A DNA stretch of 32,000 nucleotides from contig LDXL01000005.1 of assembly GCA_001443365.1 (NCBI GenBank), positions 28,072 through 60,071 of the forward strand, in the 5' to 3' direction. The position numbers and the translations under genes were made by a program. The notes beneath the pieces are model-generated. The model was not told the origin of the DNA. It was given only the letters and a program-made list of their open reading frames with translations, and searched no databases. The stretch is from Thaumarchaeota archaeon CSP1-1 (GTDB taxonomy: Archaea; Thermoproteota; Nitrososphaeria; Nitrososphaerales; Nitrosopumilaceae). Positions 25,949-32,000 of the stretch are shown piece by piece; position 1 is the stretch's first letter; every line of letters begins with the position of its first letter.

Positions 25949-26830
25949 CTAATCTACTAATTTCGCAGCTTTCTTTAGGTAGGCAAGGATTCCAGTATAA
26001 TCAAGATCCCCAAATCCTTCATCATTTGCTTTTTTGTAGATCTCATTTGCTTTTGTAGCCATTGGCAGTTTAAGACCAAATTCTTTGGCAGCTTCGTTAA
26101 TAGTGTCTAAATCTTTTTTTAAATTGCTTAGAGTAAATGTTGGAGAATATTCATCTTTTATCATATTGTATGCCTTATTTTCACTCATACCTGTTTTAAA
26201 GTATGTAGAATTTAAAATCGATAAAAATACCTCTGGGTCAACTCCAGCACCTCTTGCAAGAGTTATTCCTTCTGATAATGCAAGTGCAAGCATTCCAATT
26301 TGAAGATTCATTGCAAGCTTTACCGAATGAGCAGTACCATTTGGTCCAAGGAAAAATGTTTTGCTAGCTATGGTTTCAAAAATTTTTTTGTGCGTCTCAA
26401 ATGCATCTTTATCCCCTGCTGCCATTAATACTAATTTTCCAGTGATTGCAACATTAGGTCCTCCCATAACCGGAGTATCAAGCATTATAATTCCATGTTT
26501 ACTAAACTGTTTTGCAATTTCCTTAGATGCATTTGGATTAATTGTACTCATATCAGCTACAATCAAATCATCATGCTTGCCATCAACTATTCCGTCTTTT
26601 CCAAATGAGACATCCTTTACTGCATTAGCATCCTTTACTATTGTAATAACCAAATCTGATGATCTTGCAACATCTTTGGGTGAATCTACTACTGTGGCTC
26701 CATGATTTTTCAACTCTTCTGTTTTGCTTTTGGTTCGGTTGTAGACAGTTAATTGATATCCTGACTCTAATAGATGCAAACCAACTGCCTTACCTAACAT
26801 ACCTGTTCCAATTACACCAATTCGAGTCAC
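25949..26830 (-). CDS. Beta-hydroxyacid dehydrogenase family (3-hydroxyisobutyrate / semialdehyde reductase-like), NAD(P)-binding
   Basis: 293 aa. It has IGVIGTGMLGKAVGLHL, VYNRT, DTPVMGG and LAMNL motifs. Confidence 0.85.
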   Translation of the reverse strand: MTRIGVIGTGMLGKAVGLHLLESGYQLTVYNRTKSKTEELKNHGATVVDSPKDVARSSDLVITIVKDANAVKDVSFGKDGIVDGKHDDLIVADMSTINPNASKEIAKQFSKHGIIMLDTPVMGGPNVAITGKLVLMAAGDKDAFETHKKIFETIASKTFFLGPNGTAHSVKLAMNLQIGMLALALSEGITLARGAGVDPEVFLSILNSTYFKTGMSENKAYNMIKDEYSPTFTLSNLKKDLDTINEAAKEFGLKLPMATKANEIYKKANDEGFGDLDYTGILAYLKKAAKLVD

Positions 26831-26891
26831 AAGGTTTTTTGTTCTAAATGTGATTAAGTATCTTTCTGGAATTGAAACTAAAACAAAGCCT

Positions 26892-27278
26892 CTATTTTCT
26901 TTCTTCTTCTTTTACCTGCCACTTTTCACTTGCAAATCTTGAAGCTTCTAACTCTAAATGTCCTATTACTTTGTCTCCCCTCCTCACTATGGCGTAATCT
27001 GATTTTTTCGTATGAAAAATTCGCTCTTTGGTTTTGTAACCTCCTTCAATAACTTTGATTTTAAATCGTTTGCTAGCTTTGATTATTAGTTTTCTAGCAA
27101 CCTGTACATCTCCAACCCAAGAAAACATTTCAAAGGAGCCAAAATTCTGTGTTGTGATGGTATGTCCATATAGTCTAGCTTCGAATTTTACATTCTGTTT
27201 CTTTGCTTCTTCATTTAACCATTCAACAACTTTTGAGCCATATCCACTTTCTACAGCAAACGACTCTGAATCCTTCAT
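26892..27278 (-). CDS. Hypothetical protein (128 aa)
   Basis: A clean ORF with an ATG start and coding-like composition. I recognise no family. Confidence 0.55.
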   Translation of the reverse strand: MKDSESFAVESGYGSKVVEWLNEEAKKQNVKFEARLYGHTITTQNFGSFEMFSWVGDVQVARKLIIKASKRFKIKVIEGGYKTKERIFHTKKSDYAIVRRGDKVIGHLELEASRFASEKWQVKEEERK

Positions 27279-27470
27279 ACCATGAAATTCAAATCATACT
27301 AGATGAATAATCATGTCATAAACCATTCTCTATTTGTTAAACAAAATCATCTGTAAATTAGAATAAAAAGGAAAAAAGTTAGAAAAGGTTATTAGCAAAT
27401 CCTAATTTTCGAAAAACCACTCTTCTAATCTGGTATTAAACTAAAATAGTATTCAAATTGGTGTTGTTTT

Positions 27471-27839
27471 ATGATTACTGTCGACTGTAGAGAAGTCGAA
27501 TCCATAAAATCTGAATTACTTGTTTATGTTTCAGACCAGGTAGGGGCTATCCCTACATTAAAGCTACATGAGTTCGTGCTATCTCCCATACAAGATGAAG
27601 ATGTAATAGACGAAACTGAGGTAATTACTTCAATAAAGGAATTTCTTGATTCAATAGGAGAGGCAAGAAACTTTGCAGTAATTTCTAAAGCAGACGTAAT
27701 TTTAATAAAATCAATTTCTGGTAAAACAATAGAAAGAGAATCAAGGCCCCCAGCACAAATGTTTTCTTGTACTCATTGTGGTTTTGTTACTCAATATGAA
27801 GTTGAATACAACAATCACGTAAAAATCCATTATCTATAA
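27471..27839 (+). CDS. Protein with C-terminal C2H2 zinc finger (122 aa)
   Basis: FSCTHCGFVTQYEVEYNNHVKIH gives C-x2-C-x12-H-x3-H (C100, C103, H116, H120; nt 27768-27830). Confidence 0.65.
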   Translation: MITVDCREVESIKSELLVYVSDQVGAIPTLKLHEFVLSPIQDEDVIDETEVITSIKEFLDSIGEARNFAVISKADVILIKSISGKTIERESRPPAQMFSCTHCGFVTQYEVEYNNHVKIHYL

Positions 27840-27900
27840 GTTAATTTTATTTCAGAAAATTAGGAGGATTATTTATAAATCCTAAATTGTTAAAGATAAC

Positions 27901-28086
27901 ATGGATAAATCATCCAATAAAGCAAACGTATCAAAGATCTATTGCGAAAAATGTAATGAAGTATTTAATTCCAAGCAACAATATGACAAACATTCTTCTA
28001 GGCATTCATCTGGCGTATCATCCCAATCTTGTCCCATAGACACGGTATTGGGGAAAATTGTAGGTTTGTTCAAAAAGCCAAAATAA
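27901..28086 (+). CDS. Single C2H2 zinc-finger protein (61 aa)
   Basis: YCEKCNEVFNSKQQYDKHSSRH gives C-x2-C-x3-F-x5-Y-x2-H-x3-H, the full eukaryote-type consensus (nt 27943-28005). A tTTATAAAt box lies about 25 nt upstream of the ATG. Confidence 0.55.
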   Translation: MDKSSNKANVSKIYCEKCNEVFNSKQQYDKHSSRHSSGVSSQSCPIDTVLGKIVGLFKKPK

Positions 28087-28136
28087 CACTCTCACACTAG
28101 CTTGAATGTAAAATTTGGAACAAGTTTTTTAAATTA

Positions 28137-28823
28137 TTGGGAAAGAACTGTTTCATGAAAAAGAAAGGAATAATTTTTAGTGGAATTGCAGCTATAGTCA
28201 TTATCGCTATTATAGCATCCATTTCTGTATCTCAATCTGTAAATGAATCTCTAAATCTTGACATGGGACAAACACATGGAACAGTTTCTACTGCAATGGG
28301 TTCTCCAATTTTAGGTTCAGATTCTGCTCCTATCACCATTATTGAATTTGGTGATTACCAATGTCATCAATGTTATAATTGGTTTCATAACACAAGAGAC
28401 TCAGTGGTTGAAAATTATATTGAAACTGGAAAAGCTAATCTAGTTTTTGTTGACTTGGCTTTTCTTGGGCGTGATTCCCCAAAGGCTGCTGCTGCAACTT
28501 ATTGTGCAGAAGAACAAGGAAAATACTGGGAATTTCATGATCTTTTGTATACTTCTCAAGAGGGAATAGATTCTGGTTGGGCAAATTCAGAGCGCCTCAA
28601 GGCATTTGCATTTAGTTTAGGATTAGATATGGAATTATTTGATAGTTGCATTGACTCTGGTAAATTCAACAAGAGAGTACAGTTTAACATTAATGAAGCA
28701 AAAAAACAAGGGGCTTCAGCTACCCCTACATTCATCATTGTAAATTCTAATGGACAACAACAAAAATTAGTAGGCGCACAACCATATGCAGTATTCAAAG
28801 ACGTAATAGATTCAATGATCTAA
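28137..28823 (+). CDS. Membrane-anchored DsbA-like thiol:disulfide oxidoreductase (thioredoxin fold)
   Basis: An N-terminal anchor (GIIFSGIAAIVIIAIIASI) is followed by IIEFGDYQCHQCYNWF (CxxC), ATPTFII and the DsbA helical insert. ATG at 28155 is more likely than TTG at 28137. Confidence 0.8.
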   Translation: MGKNCFMKKKGIIFSGIAAIVIIAIIASISVSQSVNESLNLDMGQTHGTVSTAMGSPILGSDSAPITIIEFGDYQCHQCYNWFHNTRDSVVENYIETGKANLVFVDLAFLGRDSPKAAAATYCAEEQGKYWEFHDLLYTSQEGIDSGWANSERLKAFAFSLGLDMELFDSCIDSGKFNKRVQFNINEAKKQGASATPTFIIVNSNGQQQKLVGAQPYAVFKDVIDSMI

Positions 28824-28824
28824 A

Positions 28825-29307
28825 ATGGCACAGATGATAAAACTAGTATTTGCAGATTATAGATATATCATTTTAGCAGTAGCAATCTTTGTTGGAATGT
28901 TAATTCCGCTCTCAATCATTTCTGAATTCATATTTCTTGAACCATATGTCATTGCACATATTCCTAGTGGCGGTGAAATCAGCTTCTTCTTAATTCTAGT
29001 TGTTTCTGCACTGTCTGGATTAGTTCTTGCCATGAATGTGTATAGAATCAATGCATTTCGTAACAGTCCGAAAAAAAAGATGGGTGGGGGCCTATTTGGT
29101 TCATTAATTGGCGCAGCAGCTGGTGCATGTAGCTGTGGTCCGATAGGATTTGCAGTCATTTCGACATTTGGTGCAGCTGGCGGAATTGCTACTGCATTTT
29201 TGGCAAACTATGAAATACCAATAAGACTTGTCGCGATTGCAATTTTGGCATACACATACTATGCAACAGTAAAATCTCTTGCAGTTGAATGTAAAATTAA
29301 CACTTAG
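28825..29307 (+). CDS. Polytopic membrane protein with intramembrane CxC motif, unassigned family
   Basis: 160 aa with about 4 hydrophobic segments. A Gly/Ala-rich segment GSLIGAAAGACSCGPIGFAVISTFGAAGG carries C102 and C104 (nt 29128-29136), and there is a C-terminal VECK. Its ATG lies 1 nt after the DsbA-like stop. Confidence 0.65.
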   Translation: MAQMIKLVFADYRYIILAVAIFVGMLIPLSIISEFIFLEPYVIAHIPSGGEISFFLILVVSALSGLVLAMNVYRINAFRNSPKKKMGGGLFGSLIGAAAGACSCGPIGFAVISTFGAAGGIATAFLANYEIPIRLVAIAILAYTYYATVKSLAVECKINT

Positions 29308-29324
29308 TAAAATTATAATTTATT

Positions 29325-29385
29325 GGCGACTGAATCTCGTTTAAAACACCCGAGATAGGACGTGGGGAAAAAAGATCCAGTCGCC
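29325..29385. other. 61-nt nested hairpin element (candidate sRNA, 3' structure or MITE-like element)
   Basis: The outer stem GGCGACTG (29325-29332) / CAGTCGCC (29378-29385) is perfect over 8 bp. The inner stem ATCTCG (29334-29339) / CGAGAT (29351-29356) is perfect over 6 bp. The element is G+C-richer than its surroundings and is flanked by TTATAATTT at 29313-29321 and 29386-29394. Confidence 0.5.
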
Positions 29386-29506
29386 TTATAATTTCTATAT
29401 AAAATTTTAGCATTTCACAAGGTGCTTGTTGAATTTGAACAAGCTTGGAATAAACACTGAAATGAAATTCTTTCCTAACAAATCATTTAGGTGTTTTGTG
29501 GCAGAA

Positions 29507-29665
29507 TTACCCTGGTGGAGACATGTAGTATTTTCCGTCTTTTTTCTTACTTGATCTTCCAAAATGAATAAGTTCTAAAATAGTAAATTTTTCCATTTCA
29601 GTAAATTCATGTCCTGTTATTTTTTTCAAATACTCTATTAATTCATCAATATGGACTGGCGGCAT
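29507..29665 (-). CDS. Possible 52-aa hypothetical protein
   Basis: Not in the track. It reads MPPVHIDELIEYLKKITGHEFTEMEKFTILELIHFGRSSKKKDGKYYMSPPG. It has an ATG start, an AT-rich TATA-like stretch about 30 nt upstream, and sits alone in a 600-nt gap. Support is compositional only. Confidence 0.3.
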   Translation of the reverse strand: MPPVHIDELIEYLKKITGHEFTEMEKFTILELIHFGRSSKKKDGKYYMSPPG

Positions 29666-29923
29666 TACCTTTCATCGATAAATTTCATAGTAAATAAAAT
29701 TTTGTTGATTAGATTTGAAATTGGTTTTTTATTCCTCTTATTGTCTCAAAAACCCTAAACGTGAAGAATCTAACCAAAGAGGCAATTTTTTGTAACCGGG
29801 AAGCCTATCATTGCCCTTCTTGAAATCATACTAGAAAATGTCAGTGATCTTTATTCCGATAAGGCCAAGTAGAAGAGATTCTGAGGCTGATGAGCTAACC
29901 GAAACAGAAGAAGATTAAGTGCT

Positions 29924-30850
29924 TTAAGACTTGATCTGTTTGAAGGATACTTCTGGATTTTTTATTTTTTCAAATATCTCAGGATGAATTATCTTTGCTA
30001 AAATTTCAATACCTGTGACCGTTCTAAGACTTGGTTTACTAAAATATGAGTTGGCATCAACTGCAAATACATTTTGCTGCCGTACTGCACGAATCTTGTT
30101 CCAGTCTCGATCGTTTTGAAGAATTTTTTTATATTCTGAAACTGTACGCTCTACATCAAAACCACATGGCATTAACACAATAATATCTGGATCAGACTGT
30201 ACTATCTCCTCAATTTTCATTCTTCTTGATTGTTCTCCTTTAGAACTAATCTCATTTTTTCCTCCAGCAATTTCAATCATCTCTGGAACCCAATGACCAG
30301 AAGTGAAAAATGGTTCAAGCCATTCTAATGCTAAAACTCTAGGTCTGCTATCAAAGTTTTTGCTTTGAATAAAATCAATCCGTTTTTGAAGTGACTGTAT
30401 TAACTCCCTTCCCTTTTCCTCCATGCCAATTTTTTTTGCAACATTATCAATACTGTCTAAAATTCCCTTAACGTCATGAGGATTTAATGGATAAATCTCT
30501 GGTTTTTTATCCAAAATTTCCAGCGCCTTGGTGACATGACTAGTATACGCTGAACATACCTCGCATGTATCCTGCGAAATTATTAGATCTGGCCTAGCTT
30601 GTCTTAGATTTTCTTCATCAATCTTGTAGATTTCTTTACCATCTCTCATTAGCTCTACAATCTTATCATCGATTTCTCTGCTTGACATGGTATTAGGATT
30701 AAAAACGGAATTAATTACCCGAGGCTTTGATTTTGCATTTTCAGGATAAAGGCATTCATGGGTTACCCCAAAAATTTTGTCTCCTACTCCAAGCTCATAA
30801 AGCAATTCTGTGGCACTTGGGAAAAAAGAAACAATTCGCTCTACTCCCAT
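29924..30850 (-). CDS. BtuF-like (PF01497-type) cobalamin/siderophore-binding protein domain, no signal peptide
   Basis: 308 aa. RIVSFFPSATELLYELGVGDKIFGVTHEC, RPDLII and DIIVLMPCGF follow the class-III periplasmic binding protein pattern. The N-terminus MGVERIVS has no hydrophobic leader. Confidence 0.7.
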   Translation of the reverse strand: MGVERIVSFFPSATELLYELGVGDKIFGVTHECLYPENAKSKPRVINSVFNPNTMSSREIDDKIVELMRDGKEIYKIDEENLRQARPDLIISQDTCEVCSAYTSHVTKALEILDKKPEIYPLNPHDVKGILDSIDNVAKKIGMEEKGRELIQSLQKRIDFIQSKNFDSRPRVLALEWLEPFFTSGHWVPEMIEIAGGKNEISSKGEQSRRMKIEEIVQSDPDIIVLMPCGFDVERTVSEYKKILQNDRDWNKIRAVRQQNVFAVDANSYFSKPSLRTVTGIEILAKIIHPEIFEKIKNPEVSFKQIKS

Positions 30851-30946
30851 ACTCTATGAAAGTTAATTCAAATTAAAAAATTGTATCTTTACCCAAGGTC
30901 AAATTTCAAATTTAGTCAGATTAATAGGCTCAAAATATGTACGAAA

Positions 30947-32000
30947 TTGGTGTCTCGTAGCTCAAAAGAGATTCGAAAATCAATTGAGGCTAATTGGAGA
31001 GAATATCTATCAAGATATGGGAATCTATTTTCGTCAAATTCATTGAGTGGTTCTAGCCCTCCATCGGTTTTTGTTGGTACGTACAATTATCCTAAGGTGA
31101 ATGTTGGCCCAATGGTACCACCAGTTCACGGTGATACTAGTCTTCTTGATATTCCGGAACGATGGTTAGGAAAAAGTCTTGAAGAAATCGTTAATTTTAG
31201 ACTCAGTCTTGTAAGAGGAATTAAGAAGGTCTCTGTATTGGAACCAGAGGGTCGTTTCATTGAAAATCTTCAAGAAGTTGCAATGTCATCTCGTCCAACT
31301 GACTCTGATATTGAATTCCATAAAAACACTGTTCCAATAACTACCATTGATGGCGAAAGTGCTCCCTTTGGACCAATAGGAGAAATAAAAAAAGCCAAGT
31401 TCTCCGGTTCATCTGCTCAAAGAACAATTGAAAATGCTTACTATGACAAAGATCTAAAAGCAGAAGATGCGGTGTTAAAACTCTATAACACTGGCATAGA
31501 TCTCTCACAAATTCAAAAATGTTTTAGCATTGGAATGTTTGGCAAAAAAAGAAAACTTGTTCCAACTAGATGGAGTATTACTGCAACTGACGACATTATT
31601 TCAAAATCACTTGTCACAGAGATTTTAGATTATCAATTAATTGACTGTTGCAAGGTTTTCTCATTTAATCATCTTGGCAACATGTTTTCAATTATTTTAT
31701 TTCCTCATAGATGGTTGTTTGAAATGGAAGAAGCTTGGTATGACGAACAAGGACAGATTGGATTTGGTTCAGACTATGAGGATGCAAGAGGAATTGATCA
31801 TCCTCCTGCAATTGCTGGGGCATACTTTGCTGCAAAACTTGGTGTTGCAGAGTATTTAGCAAAAAATAAAACGCAAGCTGCAGTTTTAGTGTTGCGTGAA
31901 ATCAGGCCAGAGTATGCAATACCTGTAGGTGTATGGCAGGTACGTGAAGGAATAAGAGCTGCTATGAAAGAACAGCCTTTCATCGCTTCAAGCCTCGATG
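30947..32000 (+). CDS. nreA: Nre-family (DUF650/DUF651) archaeal DNA-repair protein, C-terminus cut by window edge
   Basis: Not in the track because there is no stop in the window. I translated the frame by hand: ...SGSSPPSVFVGTYNYPKVNVGPMVPP...RKLVPTRWSITATDDIISK...FEMEEAWY...AIPVGVWQVREGIRAAM. The frame is open from 30860. The only in-frame starts are TTG 30881, TTG 30947 and GTG 30950. ATG 30937 is out of frame and hits TAG at 30958. Track ORFs 31641-31859 and 31798-31983 are off-frame or antisense shadows. Confidence 0.75.
   Translation, partial: MVSRSSKEIRKSIEANWREYLSRYGNLFSSNSLSGSSPPSVFVGTYNYPKVNVGPMVPPVHGDTSLLDIPERWLGKSLEEIVNFRLSLVRGIKKVSVLEPEGRFIENLQEVAMSSRPTDSDIEFHKNTVPITTIDGESAPFGPIGEIKKAKFSGSSAQRTIENAYYDKDLKAEDAVLKLYNTGIDLSQIQKCFSIGMFGKKRKLVPTRWSITATDDIISKSLVTEILDYQLIDCCKVFSFNHLGNMFSIILFPHRWLFEMEEAWYDEQGQIGFGSDYEDARGIDHPPAIAGAYFAAKLGVAEYLAKNKTQAAVLVLREIRPEYAIPVGVWQVREGIRAAMKEQPFIASSLD

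Noticed and set aside
27397-27888. Shared AAATCCTAA(T/A)TT motif upstream of both C2H2 genes
   Set aside because: The two copies sit at very different distances from their start codons (about 70 nt versus about 20 nt). The second overlaps an ordinary TATA-like box. It is an AT-rich 9-11-mer likely to recur by chance.
29887-29905. CTGATGA ... GAAAC resembling a hammerhead ribozyme core, or a C box
   Set aside because: The 7 nt between the two core halves (GCTAACC) cannot form a stem II. I could find no matching stem I or III, and no downstream CTGA D box at the right distance. It is most likely chance.
29838-29918. 26-aa ORF MSVIFIPIRPSRRDSEADELTETEED
   Set aside because: It is too short, has no recognisable motif, and abuts the 3' end of the convergent BtuF-like gene. 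I cannot support it without conservation or translation data.
30851-30946. Possible cobalamin riboswitch upstream of the BtuF-like gene
   Set aside because: Only about 95 nt of very AT-rich DNA is shared with the divergent Nre gene. That is far too short and unstructured for a cobalamin riboswitch.
31641-31983. Track ORFs 31641-31859 (+) and 31798-31983 (-)
   Set aside because: Both lie within the hand-translated Nre-family frame, which shows strong family motifs (VPTRWSITATDD, AIPVGVWQVREG). They are off-frame or antisense artefacts.
1-32000. Window-wide look for CRISPR arrays, integrases, transposases, IS elements, prophage or defence-island gene sets
   Set aside because: I saw no regularly spaced direct repeats, no recombinase- or transposase-like translations, and no clustered ATPase/nuclease/helicase modules. 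The gene content is mostly conserved housekeeping.

Overview
This is an AT-rich, densely packed archaeal chromosomal window. The informational genes (TBP, TFB, aIF1/SUI1, Sec61-beta, Tsr3, type-2 MetAP, RNase P RNA, Nre), the F420 genes cofD/cofC, a geranylgeranyl reductase and the overall protein style suggest an ammonia-oxidising thaumarchaeon (Nitrosopumilales-like). That taxonomic call is inference only. I support about 37 protein-coding genes. Four are not in the ORF track: a PAC2-like gene and an Nre gene, each cut by a window edge, a 53-aa Sec61-beta and a 44-aa Cys-rich ORF. I also support two RNA genes that the track cannot explain: tRNA-Pro(UGG) at 3541-3614 and an RNase P RNA at about 10807-11090. 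Most of the window is ordinary core genome. I found no CRISPR array, integrase, transposase or recognisable defence operon. The items worth a second look are listed here. (1) A translationally coupled DsbA-like oxidoreductase plus an unassigned CxC membrane protein. (2) A 61-nt nested hairpin flanked by a 9-bp direct repeat, which could be a MITE-like element or an sRNA. (3) Two adjacent canonical C2H2 zinc-finger proteins. (4) An 1100-aa secreted protein with a lamin-tail domain and seven macroglobulin-like repeats. (5) An amino-acid permease fused to two USP domains. (6) Orphan substrate-binding proteins. (7) An unusual density of small zinc-ribbon proteins. All functional calls rest on reading the translations by eye; no database search was run.
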